Virus record (IMG/VR): IMGVR_UViG_3300037067_001795
Span: 1 to 64,000 of that record
Strand: one strand, 5' to 3'
Length of the DNA: 64,000 nucleotides
Source: a virus
Taxonomy: Duplodnaviria > Caudoviricetes
Part shown: piece after piece, positions 35,656 to 44,403 of the stretch
Numbering within the stretch: the stretch's first letter is position 1
Layout: the number at the start of each line of letters is the position of its first letter
The notes under the pieces: model-generated
Databases searched by the model: none
Seen by the model: only the letters and a program-made list of their open reading frames with translations
What the model was told of the DNA's origin: nothing
Position numbers and translations under genes: made by a program

Positions 35656-36747
35656 TTAGTCGAGTGTCGCCGTTCCAAAGTCAATGTCGGTTGGGATGCC
35701 TAACTGGAAGAGATTGGCTTCCGGATAGTATTCTACCTTCCACACGGCCATGTCCCCCGTCAGTGCCGTACCGTAGCCAGCCGAGCCAGCCGAGGGATAC
35801 CAGTCGACAACCTCACTAGTATATGCAGGCTTTCCTGATCCGTTGAGAATGACGCGAGTGTTTTCGCCGTTGAGATCCTTATAGCGGATGAAGTGCTGTG
35901 GATTGGAGGGGTCCGGTGCAGCACCACACACATCCACACTCTTCCACAAATCCACTTGATCACATCCAGGTTCTGTGCTTGTAGACGTCTTGTCATCTGC
36001 CCTGATCCAGCGACCGTTTAGAACCTTAGTACCCTCGTCCACAATGTCTGGGTCAAATGGATCTTGGTCATTGTTGCGGATGTCAAAGTCAAAGACACGC
36101 TTGTAGTAGGATGTACAGGTACCGTACCACAACTCTTCCCACGTGAAGTTACTGAGCTTGACATGGCGAGCAGCGAGGCCCCACATGGTGTCGTCGTTGA
36201 CATGGTCCATCAGCGAGGAGCATAGGTCTAGCTGTAGTGTAGATACATTCTGCTCAACGCGCACCGTAGGCCTCGACGAGTCAAACTCCAGCTTGGGTCC
36301 ACGGAGCGGTTCGTGCGCAGAGTTCTTGATGAGCACACCATTGCGGTCCTTGGCTGCCTCGATGCTGTGCTTGACAAAGGTGCCGCTGATCTTCTGAGGT
36401 TCAGCGAGGGGGTCACCCCACTCCATCGTCATACACCGCTTCATTGGGCGAGTGCTGAACAACACCTCTACGGTGTACGTCTTGATGGGATCACCGCTGA
36501 GCTGGCCTTGAGGCTTGATAGAACGGTTCGGGTGGCACATGGCCCAAGGGTCGCTGTCATTGCCAAAGCTGTAGGGTGTGCCTATAGTAGGCAACGCAGC
36601 GGCAGTACCGACTGTACGGGGGCCATCGCCCACACCATTCTGGTAGGGAGTGTTGGTTTGGACTAGGTAGGTGACCCAATAATTGCGGTGACCGTACTCG
36701 TCCTGCTCAGCCCGTACTGTATAGGGAGCACACTTGGTGATCGACAT
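35656..36747 (-). CDS. distal tail / baseplate protein
   Basis: Immediately after the tape measure; DRNGVLIKNSAHEP motif. Confidence 0.65.
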   Translation of the reverse strand: MSITKCAPYTVRAEQDEYGHRNYWVTYLVQTNTPYQNGVGDGPRTVGTAAALPTIGTPYSFGNDSDPWAMCHPNRSIKPQGQLSGDPIKTYTVEVLFSTRPMKRCMTMEWGDPLAEPQKISGTFVKHSIEAAKDRNGVLIKNSAHEPLRGPKLEFDSSRPTVRVEQNVSTLQLDLCSSLMDHVNDDTMWGLAARHVKLSNFTWEELWYGTCTSYYKRVFDFDIRNNDQDPFDPDIVDEGTKVLNGRWIRADDKTSTSTEPGCDQVDLWKSVDVCGAAPDPSNPQHFIRYKDLNGENTRVILNGSGKPAYTSEVVDWYPSAGSAGYGTALTGDMAVWKVEYYPEANLFQLGIPTDIDFGTATLD

Positions 36748-38762
36748 TAGGCTGACTCCGCTAGTGCTGCGGGTGACAGACCGCCACCCATGTCTCGTAT
36801 CTGCTCCAGTATGCCCACCACCTCCTCTACGCCCTTGGCTGTACGCTCAGCCGCAGAGCCCTCGCTTAGTGAGCGGTAGGCCGACACCCGTGCCATGGCC
36901 TCGGCAGAGCCCACCGTAGTGGCCTGTACACCCTCGCTGGCGTAGTATTTGCCCTCCTTAAAGGCTGTAGCTGCTGGGCCTGTACCGCCCACGCTTCCAC
37001 CAGCAGCATCCGCAGCAGCCTCAGCGGCTGCTTCAGCCCCCTTGCGCAAGGCTTCGTCGGTAAGGCTATTGAGCTTTAACTGGGTGGTGAAGGTCTCTAT
37101 ACCCAGCTTGACGGTTGTCTTGGAGGCTAGGTCACGGACGATCAAGGCTAGTCCTGGATTGACCAGTGTGAAAAGCTTCATGAACCCCAGCAAGTGCATC
37201 GTCATATCCGTGATGACCTGCAAGAACGTTAGTTTGATCTGGGTCATGACAATTTCCCAAGCCAGTTCGATCTCACCGGACCGTAGGGCTGCCGTCATAC
37301 CTGCGATGGTGTCACTGAAGTATTTCTTGAGGTCGTTGAACACTTCAATGATGGGGCCACGCATGTGGTAGAGAGCCACACCAAGAGCAGCGATGGCTAC
37401 GACGATTCCCATAATCATTGGCGCAAGGGGGAGTAGGAAAGTGATTGCAGATGAGAGGGCAACAAACCCACTTATGACGGATGAGATCATGACAGCCATG
37501 GTCCCGAAGCCAACGAGGAGGGGGCCTATGGCTGCGACTACAGCTAGCACAACCACGGCAACCTTCTGCATCTCTGGTGTGAGCATGTTCCAGACTTCCA
37601 TGGCACTGAGGCCCCACTGAGTGAGCTTCTGTACGATGGGGGCTAACATATCACCGAGCTTGATCATCATGGCCTGCGTGCCTGCCATGGCCTTAGCCAT
37701 CTTGGCTCCCATGGTTTCTTCCCACTCTTTGTAGCGGGAATTAATGCCTCCTACGGATTGGCTGACGTCATCAACGATGCTTGCAAATTGCTTTGAGTCC
37801 CTGAGGACGTTGAATGCGTTTTCAGCTTCCTTGTCTGAGAAGAATTGGAGTTGTGTGATACCTGTCTTGGCAAACATAGCATCTAGGTATTTAATACCTT
37901 CGACGATACCCTGATCTGCAAAGACTTTTTGCAACTCCTTCATGGAGTATCCAGAAGCTTCCATCTGTTTGATGATCTTCGGGGAGACTCCAGCTCCACG
38001 GATCTTACTGATCATGCTACTGAGGGCAGTAGCAGCCGTAGCAGTTTCTCCATAGGCCAGTGTCAGGGCGCTGAGAGTACCAGCAGTCTCTCCGAACTCT
38101 AGCTTAGCAGCTTTAGCGGCGGGCAGGATCTTTCCGAACACTGAGGCGAATCCACTCGCTTCAGCAAGCCCTCTGTCTGCTGCCTTCCAGACCATTTCTA
38201 TGGCTTCGGATGCCTTAAGGCTTTCTTCACCGTAGGTTGCAAGAGCTAGTGAGGCTGCCCTACCGATAGTCTGCATATCACCCATCCCAATGGATGATGC
38301 TTTTGCAGAAGCTTCCAATGCGTCGAGAGCAGCAGCCCCTTTTATTCCTCCAGAAGAGATTGACTCAAACGTATTTACTATGTCGATGGGGCTTTGACCG
38401 AGGTTAGCAGCCATCTTGAGAGCTGTTTCTCGAAAGGAGTCGATGTCCTCCCGTGACATGCTAACCAATGATCGCAACCGCTGTAAAGCTTGTTCGAAGC
38501 TCATAGAGGCGTGGGAGGCGGCACCGCTGATGGCCAAGAGTGGCGTGGTGATAGCAAGGGACATAGCTGCCCCAGCACCACGAACACCTTGGCCAAACGT
38601 GCGGAGACTGGCGGCGAACCGTTCGATACGTTTACCCTCACGCTCAACTGTATCGGCAGTTCTGCGAGCACCTGTTTGAGCATCGTTGAGCATCTTCTGA
38701 TAAGAAGTAGCGTCACCCACGAGGCGTACAAGAAGGCGGTCAATCTCAGTCTCGGTTGACAT
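36747..38762 (-). CDS. tape measure protein
   Basis: LLVRLVGDATSY start, AMSLAITTPL, Ala/Gly-rich helical repeats and hydrophobic C-half; follows the chaperones. Confidence 0.92.
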   Translation of the reverse strand: MSTETEIDRLLVRLVGDATSYQKMLNDAQTGARRTADTVEREGKRIERFAASLRTFGQGVRGAGAAMSLAITTPLLAISGAASHASMSFEQALQRLRSLVSMSREDIDSFRETALKMAANLGQSPIDIVNTFESISSGGIKGAAALDALEASAKASSIGMGDMQTIGRAASLALATYGEESLKASEAIEMVWKAADRGLAEASGFASVFGKILPAAKAAKLEFGETAGTLSALTLAYGETATAATALSSMISKIRGAGVSPKIIKQMEASGYSMKELQKVFADQGIVEGIKYLDAMFAKTGITQLQFFSDKEAENAFNVLRDSKQFASIVDDVSQSVGGINSRYKEWEETMGAKMAKAMAGTQAMMIKLGDMLAPIVQKLTQWGLSAMEVWNMLTPEMQKVAVVVLAVVAAIGPLLVGFGTMAVMISSVISGFVALSSAITFLLPLAPMIMGIVVAIAALGVALYHMRGPIIEVFNDLKKYFSDTIAGMTAALRSGEIELAWEIVMTQIKLTFLQVITDMTMHLLGFMKLFTLVNPGLALIVRDLASKTTVKLGIETFTTQLKLNSLTDEALRKGAEAAAEAAADAAGGSVGGTGPAATAFKEGKYYASEGVQATTVGSAEAMARVSAYRSLSEGSAAERTAKGVEEVVGILEQIRDMGGGLSPAALAESA

Positions 38763-39090
38763 GTTGGTTCCTTAGTGGAGCTAACCTTGCTTGCCAAACA
38801 GCCTTGGCGACTTCAGCACTGGTCGGAGCCAGTTGGGGACTATTGAACTTGAGGAAGAAGTGTTTGAGCTGGATGGCTTCGCGATTCTTGGCGAGCACTC
38901 GACGGACCTCACAAGCAATCTGCATGAGATAGAAGTCTGATAGCTTCGGCTCATTCCATTGCTCATCCAGATATTCCATCCATGCAAGGAACTGACGGTG
39001 TGTGTGAGTGCGAAGACACTCATCCAGGCTCATGTGCAGGTGCGAGGCTAGTCGGAACCATCCGCCGTAGACTCGCTTCCTACGTTTTTT
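38746..39090 (-). CDS. gpT-like extension of the tail assembly chaperone (-1 frameshift)
   Basis: The -1 frame after A AAA AAC (39084-39090) reads KRRKRVYGGWFRLASHLHMSLDECLRTHTHRQFLAW, continuous with ORF 38746..39033. Confidence 0.8.
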   Translation of the reverse strand, partial: KKRRKRVYGGWFRLASHLHMSLDECLRTHTHRQFLAWMEYLDEQWNEPKLSDFYLMQIACEVRRVLAKNREAIQLKHFFLKFNSPQLAPTSAEVAKAVWQARLAPLRNQHVNRD

Positions 39091-39470
39091 GATTCACGCA
39101 TCTCCTCAAGACGTTTCTGGAGAGCAGTAATCTGGACCACGATAGCAGCTTCAGTCTCCAGGTCGTCTAAGTGGCTCATCTCCTTGGCACGATCATAGAG
39201 CACCTTCTGCACGCGAGCAGGCCAGCTACGTACGGTGGCTTCTGGCACGTTCTTGCCAGACTCGTCGAACAAGCATAGTGACACCAGCAGGGGCTCTACG
39301 TCGGCGATGCCACGTACGGTCTGTGGTTTGCCGTCAGGCCCTAGCTTGATACAGCTGAGGCGAGCGTTGGCAAACTTGGTAGCCGCATCGCCCGAGGCTT
39401 CCCTGAGGGAATAGTCCTTTCCGCTCAGCTTGACAGGTTCGGTCTGCGGCGTAAGATCGTCAGTAATCAT
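39048..39470 (-). CDS. tail assembly chaperone (gpG-like)
   Basis: Between tail tube and tape measure; slippery heptamer in frame near the 3' end. Confidence 0.85.
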   Translation of the reverse strand: MITDDLTPQTEPVKLSGKDYSLREASGDAATKFANARLSCIKLGPDGKPQTVRGIADVEPLLVSLCLFDESGKNVPEATVRSWPARVQKVLYDRAKEMSHLDDLETEAAIVVQITALQKRLEEMRESKNVGSESTADGSD

Positions 39471-39565
39471 CTTGGTTTGCTCCTAGGTTACAGAGTAGCG
39501 AAGGCAGGCCCCCAGCCCCTTAGTGCTTACAGCTAGGGGCCTGCTGCACGGAGATCGTAGACAAA

Positions 39566-40039
39566 CTATGTGCCAGTTACGGAGGTGACGGTGGGACCTT
39601 GCTCGGCACCAGTCGAGTCCACGTTGGTGGGCACGATGACGATAGCGGCCATCGGCATCGTTCCCTCTTCCATGGCCTCTGGCGTGAAGGACTTCAGGAA
39701 GCCGTAGAAGGCAATCGTGGTGCCGTCAGCGAACTCCACAGTGATCGTGGTTTCGTCGCCAATGATGGCTACGATGGACGTGTACACAGCCGGATCGTAG
39801 GCAGCGTTGATCGTGATCTGTGTGAGGGTGATCAGCTTACGAGCCGTGAACGTACGATACGTCGTGTTGTGCATCGTAGTGGTTTCGATCGCTTCACCGG
39901 CGTCCATGCCCGGAGGCTGTACGGTCTTCTCGAAAAACTCGATGTCAGAGTCAGCGGCCAGCGTGAGCTTGGATGAGAAGCCGTCTTTCAGCTTCAATCC
40001 ACCAGGGGTGGAACGTTCAGTTGCGGTAGGGGCAGCCAT
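39566..40039 (-). CDS. major tail tube protein
   Basis: PPGMDAGEAIETTTM...YGFLKSF...; 157 aa, in the canonical position. Confidence 0.85.
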   Translation of the reverse strand: MAAPTATERSTPGGLKLKDGFSSKLTLAADSDIEFFEKTVQPPGMDAGEAIETTTMHNTTYRTFTARKLITLTQITINAAYDPAVYTSIVAIIGDETTITVEFADGTTIAFYGFLKSFTPEAMEEGTMPMAAIVIVPTNVDSTGAEQGPTVTSVTGT

Positions 40040-40050
40040 GAGTGAACCTC

Positions 40051-40473
40051 CTAGGTCAGGGCGACAACAGCGTTAACAGTAAACAAGTAGCGTTTGCTGG
40101 TAGGCGTCTCAGTCCCTGCCTTCAGCACTCCGCTCTTACGGGTAATTGCGTGAACAACGTACGATGTGGTGTCAACCGTCACAGACACGTTCTGGACTGT
40201 GTCCATGGCCACAGCGATCGCATCAGCCTTGGTGTAGCCTGTGACCCCAGAGCTGCGGACCATGATCTCTATACCGTAGTGCTCCTCCATAACAGAGTCG
40301 GCACCACTACGACCGTCTAGCAGACCAGCCGTGTCGTAGACAACGACAGCGTTGTCTGGTGTGTCGGGTAGGTTATGGGCGTATATCGGCCACGAACCGT
40401 TGGCTGAGGGCAAGGTGCCCTGAGCTAGGTCTATGAGCATGTGGCGGATTACGTCTGCGACGGTGTGGTTCAT
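40051..40473 (-). CDS. tail terminator / minor capsid-type protein
   Basis: PDTPDNAVVVYDTAG...IEIMVRS. Confidence 0.75.
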   Translation of the reverse strand: MNHTVADVIRHMLIDLAQGTLPSANGSWPIYAHNLPDTPDNAVVVYDTAGLLDGRSGADSVMEEHYGIEIMVRSSGVTGYTKADAIAVAMDTVQNVSVTVDTTSYVVHAITRKSGVLKAGTETPTSKRYLFTVNAVVALT

Positions 40474-40889
40474 TCCTTCTCCGTGAAGGCACTAGCCTTG
40501 AGGTTTCCAGTGTCTACGGGACACAGTCGTTGAGCCTCTCGCTGCAAGCGTAGGCCAGCCACTAGTAGAGCCTTAACCAAGGTGGCTCCATTTCTGACAG
40601 CCGTGGCTATGATGGTCGATAGCTCCTTGCGCATGGTGTGGGCAGGCTGTTCTAGAAACTTGGACTGGCCTCGCCCTGATGGGTCCCAATAGTCGCCCTT
40701 CTTACGTGTGCCGTCGGTGTGCTTGCCCTTGCGCGGCAGACCTCGCCACTTCATCTCCACATTCTCGTGCACGTAGAGGGCGTACGATGCGTTGAAGCCA
40801 ACGATGACATTGCCGTTGTTCTCTCGCTTGGACTCACGTTCCAGCTTTTCAAGGGCTCGCAGAACTTTGTCTAGTCCGCGTATTTCCAC
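40470..40889 (-). CDS. HK97 gp10-like tail component
   Basis: EIRGLDKVLRAL, YALYVHE, KFLEQP, PVDTGNLKAS. Confidence 0.85.
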   Translation of the reverse strand: MEIRGLDKVLRALEKLERESKRENNGNVIVGFNASYALYVHENVEMKWRGLPRKGKHTDGTRKKGDYWDPSGRGQSKFLEQPAHTMRKELSTIIATAVRNGATLVKALLVAGLRLQREAQRLCPVDTGNLKASAFTEKE

Positions 40890-40891
40890 TG

Positions 40892-41233
40892 TCAGTCCTC
40901 CACATCAAATCGCACGTAGCGAACCAACGTTCGCGCAGGTGTGCTGGTGGTTGTGACCGTGATCTTGAGCTTGTATACACCAGTCTCCTTGAGCATACCA
41001 GAGACCTTGAACTGAACAGCTTCTCCAATAGGCACATCTACCTCATTGATCTCGAGGACGGCTGTGCTGACTGTCTTGTTGGACAGAGTCAGATCCGTCG
41101 TATTAACTTCGACAACCAACGGCGTGCCTGTGAGGGTTTCACCTGCGTCAAGCTGATTGGAGAATGACACAGATCCAAGGTCCGTATCACCCTCAGCGCA
41201 TACAGGTCGCTCAGGCGCAACTATCTTGCTCAT
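40892..41233 (-). CDS. fiber/tail adaptor-like protein
   Basis: VSFSNQLDAGETL...VQFKVSG...YKLKITVTT. Confidence 0.55.
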   Translation of the reverse strand: MSKIVAPERPVCAEGDTDLGSVSFSNQLDAGETLTGTPLVVEVNTTDLTLSNKTVSTAVLEINEVDVPIGEAVQFKVSGMLKETGVYKLKITVTTTSTPARTLVRYVRFDVED

Positions 41234-41427
41234 TGGTCATCCTCTGGTAATGTCCAGTGCATTCGCGACTTAGGCATAGTCCACTGTGTTATGCGATCCT
41301 TCATGGTCCAGTGCAGCCTGTTCTTCTTCAGGGTCCATTCCATTCCGGGCACATCTGGTGGAGGTACGACACCCCCAGTGATCCTGCTGAATGGTAGGAA
41401 TATCTGTATCAGGCTACTCAGTTTCAT
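41230..41427 (-). CDS. small virion-associated hypothetical protein
   Basis: Coupled ORF with WT-x repeats (WTL, WTM, WTM, WTL). Confidence 0.5.
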   Translation of the reverse strand: MKLSSLIQIFLPFSRITGGVVPPPDVPGMEWTLKKNRLHWTMKDRITQWTMPKSRMHWTLPEDDQ

Positions 41428-42098
41428 GCTGGTGGGCCCATTGTCTCAGTACCGGCTCCGTCGTCAGTAATCGCCTGCGTCGTAAGTGTTGCCCCTGCAC
41501 TATCCTTCGTAATCAGCTCCGTCGGTGTCTTGGCTGAGTAAAAGAACCGCTGCACGAACCACATGATCCTCTGCGGCCACGTCGTCGGGTTAGCCACGGG
41601 CGTTGCGGAGATCTGATCCAGCCCGTCCGACGCCAGCGAGAATCCCGTCTTATCCGACACAACCATCGCCGAACCAACAGCAGCCGGTGAGGCGGGAATC
41701 AGGTCAGTCTTGGCCTTGATGTCGCCTATTTCTTCCGACAGCGTGATTGCCAATCCGCAAGCATTCGTTACGTCAACAGAGGTTATTCCACCTGGATCAT
41801 AATCCGCCCCGTAAGCCTCCCGATCGTTTACCGCGTAGCTCGTCAGGTACAGCCCGATATGGCAGGGTACAGTGATCCCAACCGGCGTCGTGAATCCGTA
41901 GTGTGAATGCGTCCCTGTCCCGCTGACGACAGCGGTAGTCGTCACCAATCCAACGGCGGTTGCCTGCTGAGCATCAGTCAGTGTATTCTCAGCAACGAAT
42001 GCGGAAACACCGTCCCACATATAGCCGTCGCTGTCCCGCGTGATTTTCGCCACGTAGGTTCGGCCGGCTGTATTGTCATCGAGCTTGATTATTGCCAT
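41424..42098 (-). CDS. virion structural protein
   Basis: Thr/Ala-rich ORF in the fiber module. Confidence 0.55.
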   Translation of the reverse strand: MAIIKLDDNTAGRTYVAKITRDSDGYMWDGVSAFVAENTLTDAQQATAVGLVTTTAVVSGTGTHSHYGFTTPVGITVPCHIGLYLTSYAVNDREAYGADYDPGGITSVDVTNACGLAITLSEEIGDIKAKTDLIPASPAAVGSAMVVSDKTGFSLASDGLDQISATPVANPTTWPQRIMWFVQRFFYSAKTPTELITKDSAGATLTTQAITDDGAGTETMGPPA

Positions 42099-42109
42099 AA
42101 ATCACCTAG

Positions 42110-44011
42110 CTAGGCTATGGATGTCTTGCCGGCATCGCTGAGAAACACATACGTCCCATTGAATCGCCACGATATGCCGTGAAACTCACTTGCCTCGCTG
42201 GCATCCGTCCACGTTGGCTCTGTCCCGAGCCACACCACTGATTCCGCTGGCAACCACGTAATGTCTCGCGGCGTGGCTCCCTGTTCAATGAAGATCGTTC
42301 CGCCGCACGGTCCTGGCGGCATGGTGATCGTGGCATTGATCGGGTTATTGGCGTCATTTGCCGGAATAGTCCAATGGTTCCCTGCTTGGAGATCGACGGT
42401 GCATGTGTTCGGGTTCGTCCCGGTCGCGATCGTCGCTTCATTCTCTGCCGTTCCGAAATGGATCGTATGTCCATTGGCGTCCAGATCTCCGCCAATCTGC
42501 AACGCCTTATTGATCGCCACTCTCGTGCCGTTGCTGCTAATTGTAGTCGTGCCAGCGGAGTCAAGTTTGATGCCGACCACATCAGAAATTACCGTCAGCT
42601 CTCCGGTCTTTTCGACTCTCGCAACGTCTGTCCCAAGTTGCCGAAAAATCAAAGGTCCGGCGTATGTAGAGCACTGGCAATCAATCGCAAATGCGTATCC
42701 GTTCTCGGCAGTAAATGCTAATGCCTCAAAATTCCAAACACGATCTGGCCTACGTGAGCCAATAGTAAATCGAGTTAAACCACCATTTCCCCAAATGCGA
42801 CCATTGACCGCACCTGCGTAGTACACCTCGAATTTGTCTGTGGTGGTCGCTACGCCAACAGCAAGCCGACCTAAAATAGTCGCGTCTTGCGATACGTCGA
42901 TGTACGCCGCATCCAATTCGTTGACCGGCAGATACCCGTATCCGTAATTGTCGTGCGTAACCCAGTCCCCAGGCAGTGCTCGACAAATTGCCAATCCCAT
43001 TTGGCGTGTTGATCCACTCTGCCCATCGTGATACAGCCACAATTCATCGCCAGTCACCGTATACGTGTTGCGATATATGTCATCCGTCAGAATGTATGGC
43101 GTGTCGAGATCGTCACTATCGAATCCCGATTGGCTGGTGTGCTTGATAATTCCACACCACTCCCACGTTTCAAAGTCGTTCGGTGTGGTACACTTCCACA
43201 GTTCAAGCACAGCATGATTCGCACCAGCAGCCTCGTATCCATAGTGTGGAACGATTGCCCACCAGATGCCGCGAAAATAGAATACATCGGGACAAAATCT
43301 GCCGCCGGTAAAAATCGGATTTGATGCACTTTTTGTCCATGTCGTCGGATCAGACGCCGATGCAGTCGCTAACCCGATAGCGCGAGCTGTTGACACGTTG
43401 CCCACCTTGGCTTCGTAAAATGTATACAGCGTGTCTCCTACCCGCCACACGGCCCAGCACTCGGCTCCATACTCATCCCACGCACCTGCGGTCCCATGTG
43501 TCAAAACGGGCGTATTTGCAGCCGACTCAGCCCAAGTGCCAGTCGGAGCAGATGCTGACGCATACCCAGTATCGTCATCTACGCCTGCTGTCGCACTGTT
43601 GCCACGAAACAGCATGTGCCATACGCCATCCTCCGTCCACACTCTCGCTACGCCACGGGACGTGCTTCCAAATCCCGATCCAGATGGAGTAAAAATAGGA
43701 TTCGACGCATATTCCTCGAATGTAACGCCGTCCGTGCTTGTGGCTAACCCGATGGAATAAACGCCGCCGGAATAGTTGGAATAGTATGAGTAAAACGCGT
43801 AGTACACACCATCATCGTACACGATGGAAGCAAATGTTTTGTGAAGCTCATCGCCTGTCACCGTAAGCAGCGGGTTAGACGGGTGCGAGACGAATGGCCC
43901 AAGGAAGGTATCCAGCCCGAGAGCCGTTCTCATCGCGGCATAATCGTCCGCCTCGACAAGCGAAACGCCGTCGTCGCTGTAGTGGACTGTTTTTTTGAAT
44001 GCTTCGCCCAT
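42110..44011 (-). CDS. tail spike with a five-bladed beta-propeller glycoside hydrolase domain
   Basis: Repeated HPSNPLL / YASNPIF / ANTPVL / SASNPIF blades with W..LY and GLA.S.D motifs (GH32/43/130-like). Confidence 0.75.
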   Translation of the reverse strand: MGEAFKKTVHYSDDGVSLVEADDYAAMRTALGLDTFLGPFVSHPSNPLLTVTGDELHKTFASIVYDDGVYYAFYSYYSNYSGGVYSIGLATSTDGVTFEEYASNPIFTPSGSGFGSTSRGVARVWTEDGVWHMLFRGNSATAGVDDDTGYASASAPTGTWAESAANTPVLTHGTAGAWDEYGAECWAVWRVGDTLYTFYEAKVGNVSTARAIGLATASASDPTTWTKSASNPIFTGGRFCPDVFYFRGIWWAIVPHYGYEAAGANHAVLELWKCTTPNDFETWEWCGIIKHTSQSGFDSDDLDTPYILTDDIYRNTYTVTGDELWLYHDGQSGSTRQMGLAICRALPGDWVTHDNYGYGYLPVNELDAAYIDVSQDATILGRLAVGVATTTDKFEVYYAGAVNGRIWGNGGLTRFTIGSRRPDRVWNFEALAFTAENGYAFAIDCQCSTYAGPLIFRQLGTDVARVEKTGELTVISDVVGIKLDSAGTTTISSNGTRVAINKALQIGGDLDANGHTIHFGTAENEATIATGTNPNTCTVDLQAGNHWTIPANDANNPINATITMPPGPCGGTIFIEQGATPRDITWLPAESVVWLGTEPTWTDASEASEFHGISWRFNGTYVFLSDAGKTSIA

Positions 44012-44012
44012 A

Positions 44013-44393
44013 TCACGCCTCGGCGGAATCGTAGGTGAACGATGTCAACGAAACGGTCTGGCCGGAGTTGATCGACGTGTTATCCACGGTCATATCGGCA
44101 CCGCTGGTTCCAACTGTGCCGCTGAATATCAACGTGTCGTCGGAATCGTAGACCTTGAAATTGTCGGCTGTCCCATTTCCAGATGCGGTCGCACTTATCG
44201 CTGGATCAACGTCCAGCGTTGCCGTGCCATTCGCGTCCGCTGCACCGAAAGCTGGATCATTGCACGTCAACGTCGCCAGCACATCGGTGCCGTCGCAGAT
44301 TGTGATATAGCCAGCTCCAGAGCCAGCATCAACGAGATCGACCACAGCGTTCGTGGCGGCTTGTTTCGCGGCTTGTGAATGAGATATTGCCAT
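44013..44393 (-). CDS. small virion structural protein
   Basis: MAISHSQAAKQAATNAVVDLVD...GSVG/GTVGTSGADMTVDNTSINSGQTVS; GAGG RBS. Confidence 0.7.
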   Translation of the reverse strand: MAISHSQAAKQAATNAVVDLVDAGSGAGYITICDGTDVLATLTCNDPAFGAADANGTATLDVDPAISATASGNGTADNFKVYDSDDTLIFSGTVGTSGADMTVDNTSINSGQTVSLTSFTYDSAEA

Positions 44394-44403
44394 CGTGTTA
44401 TCC

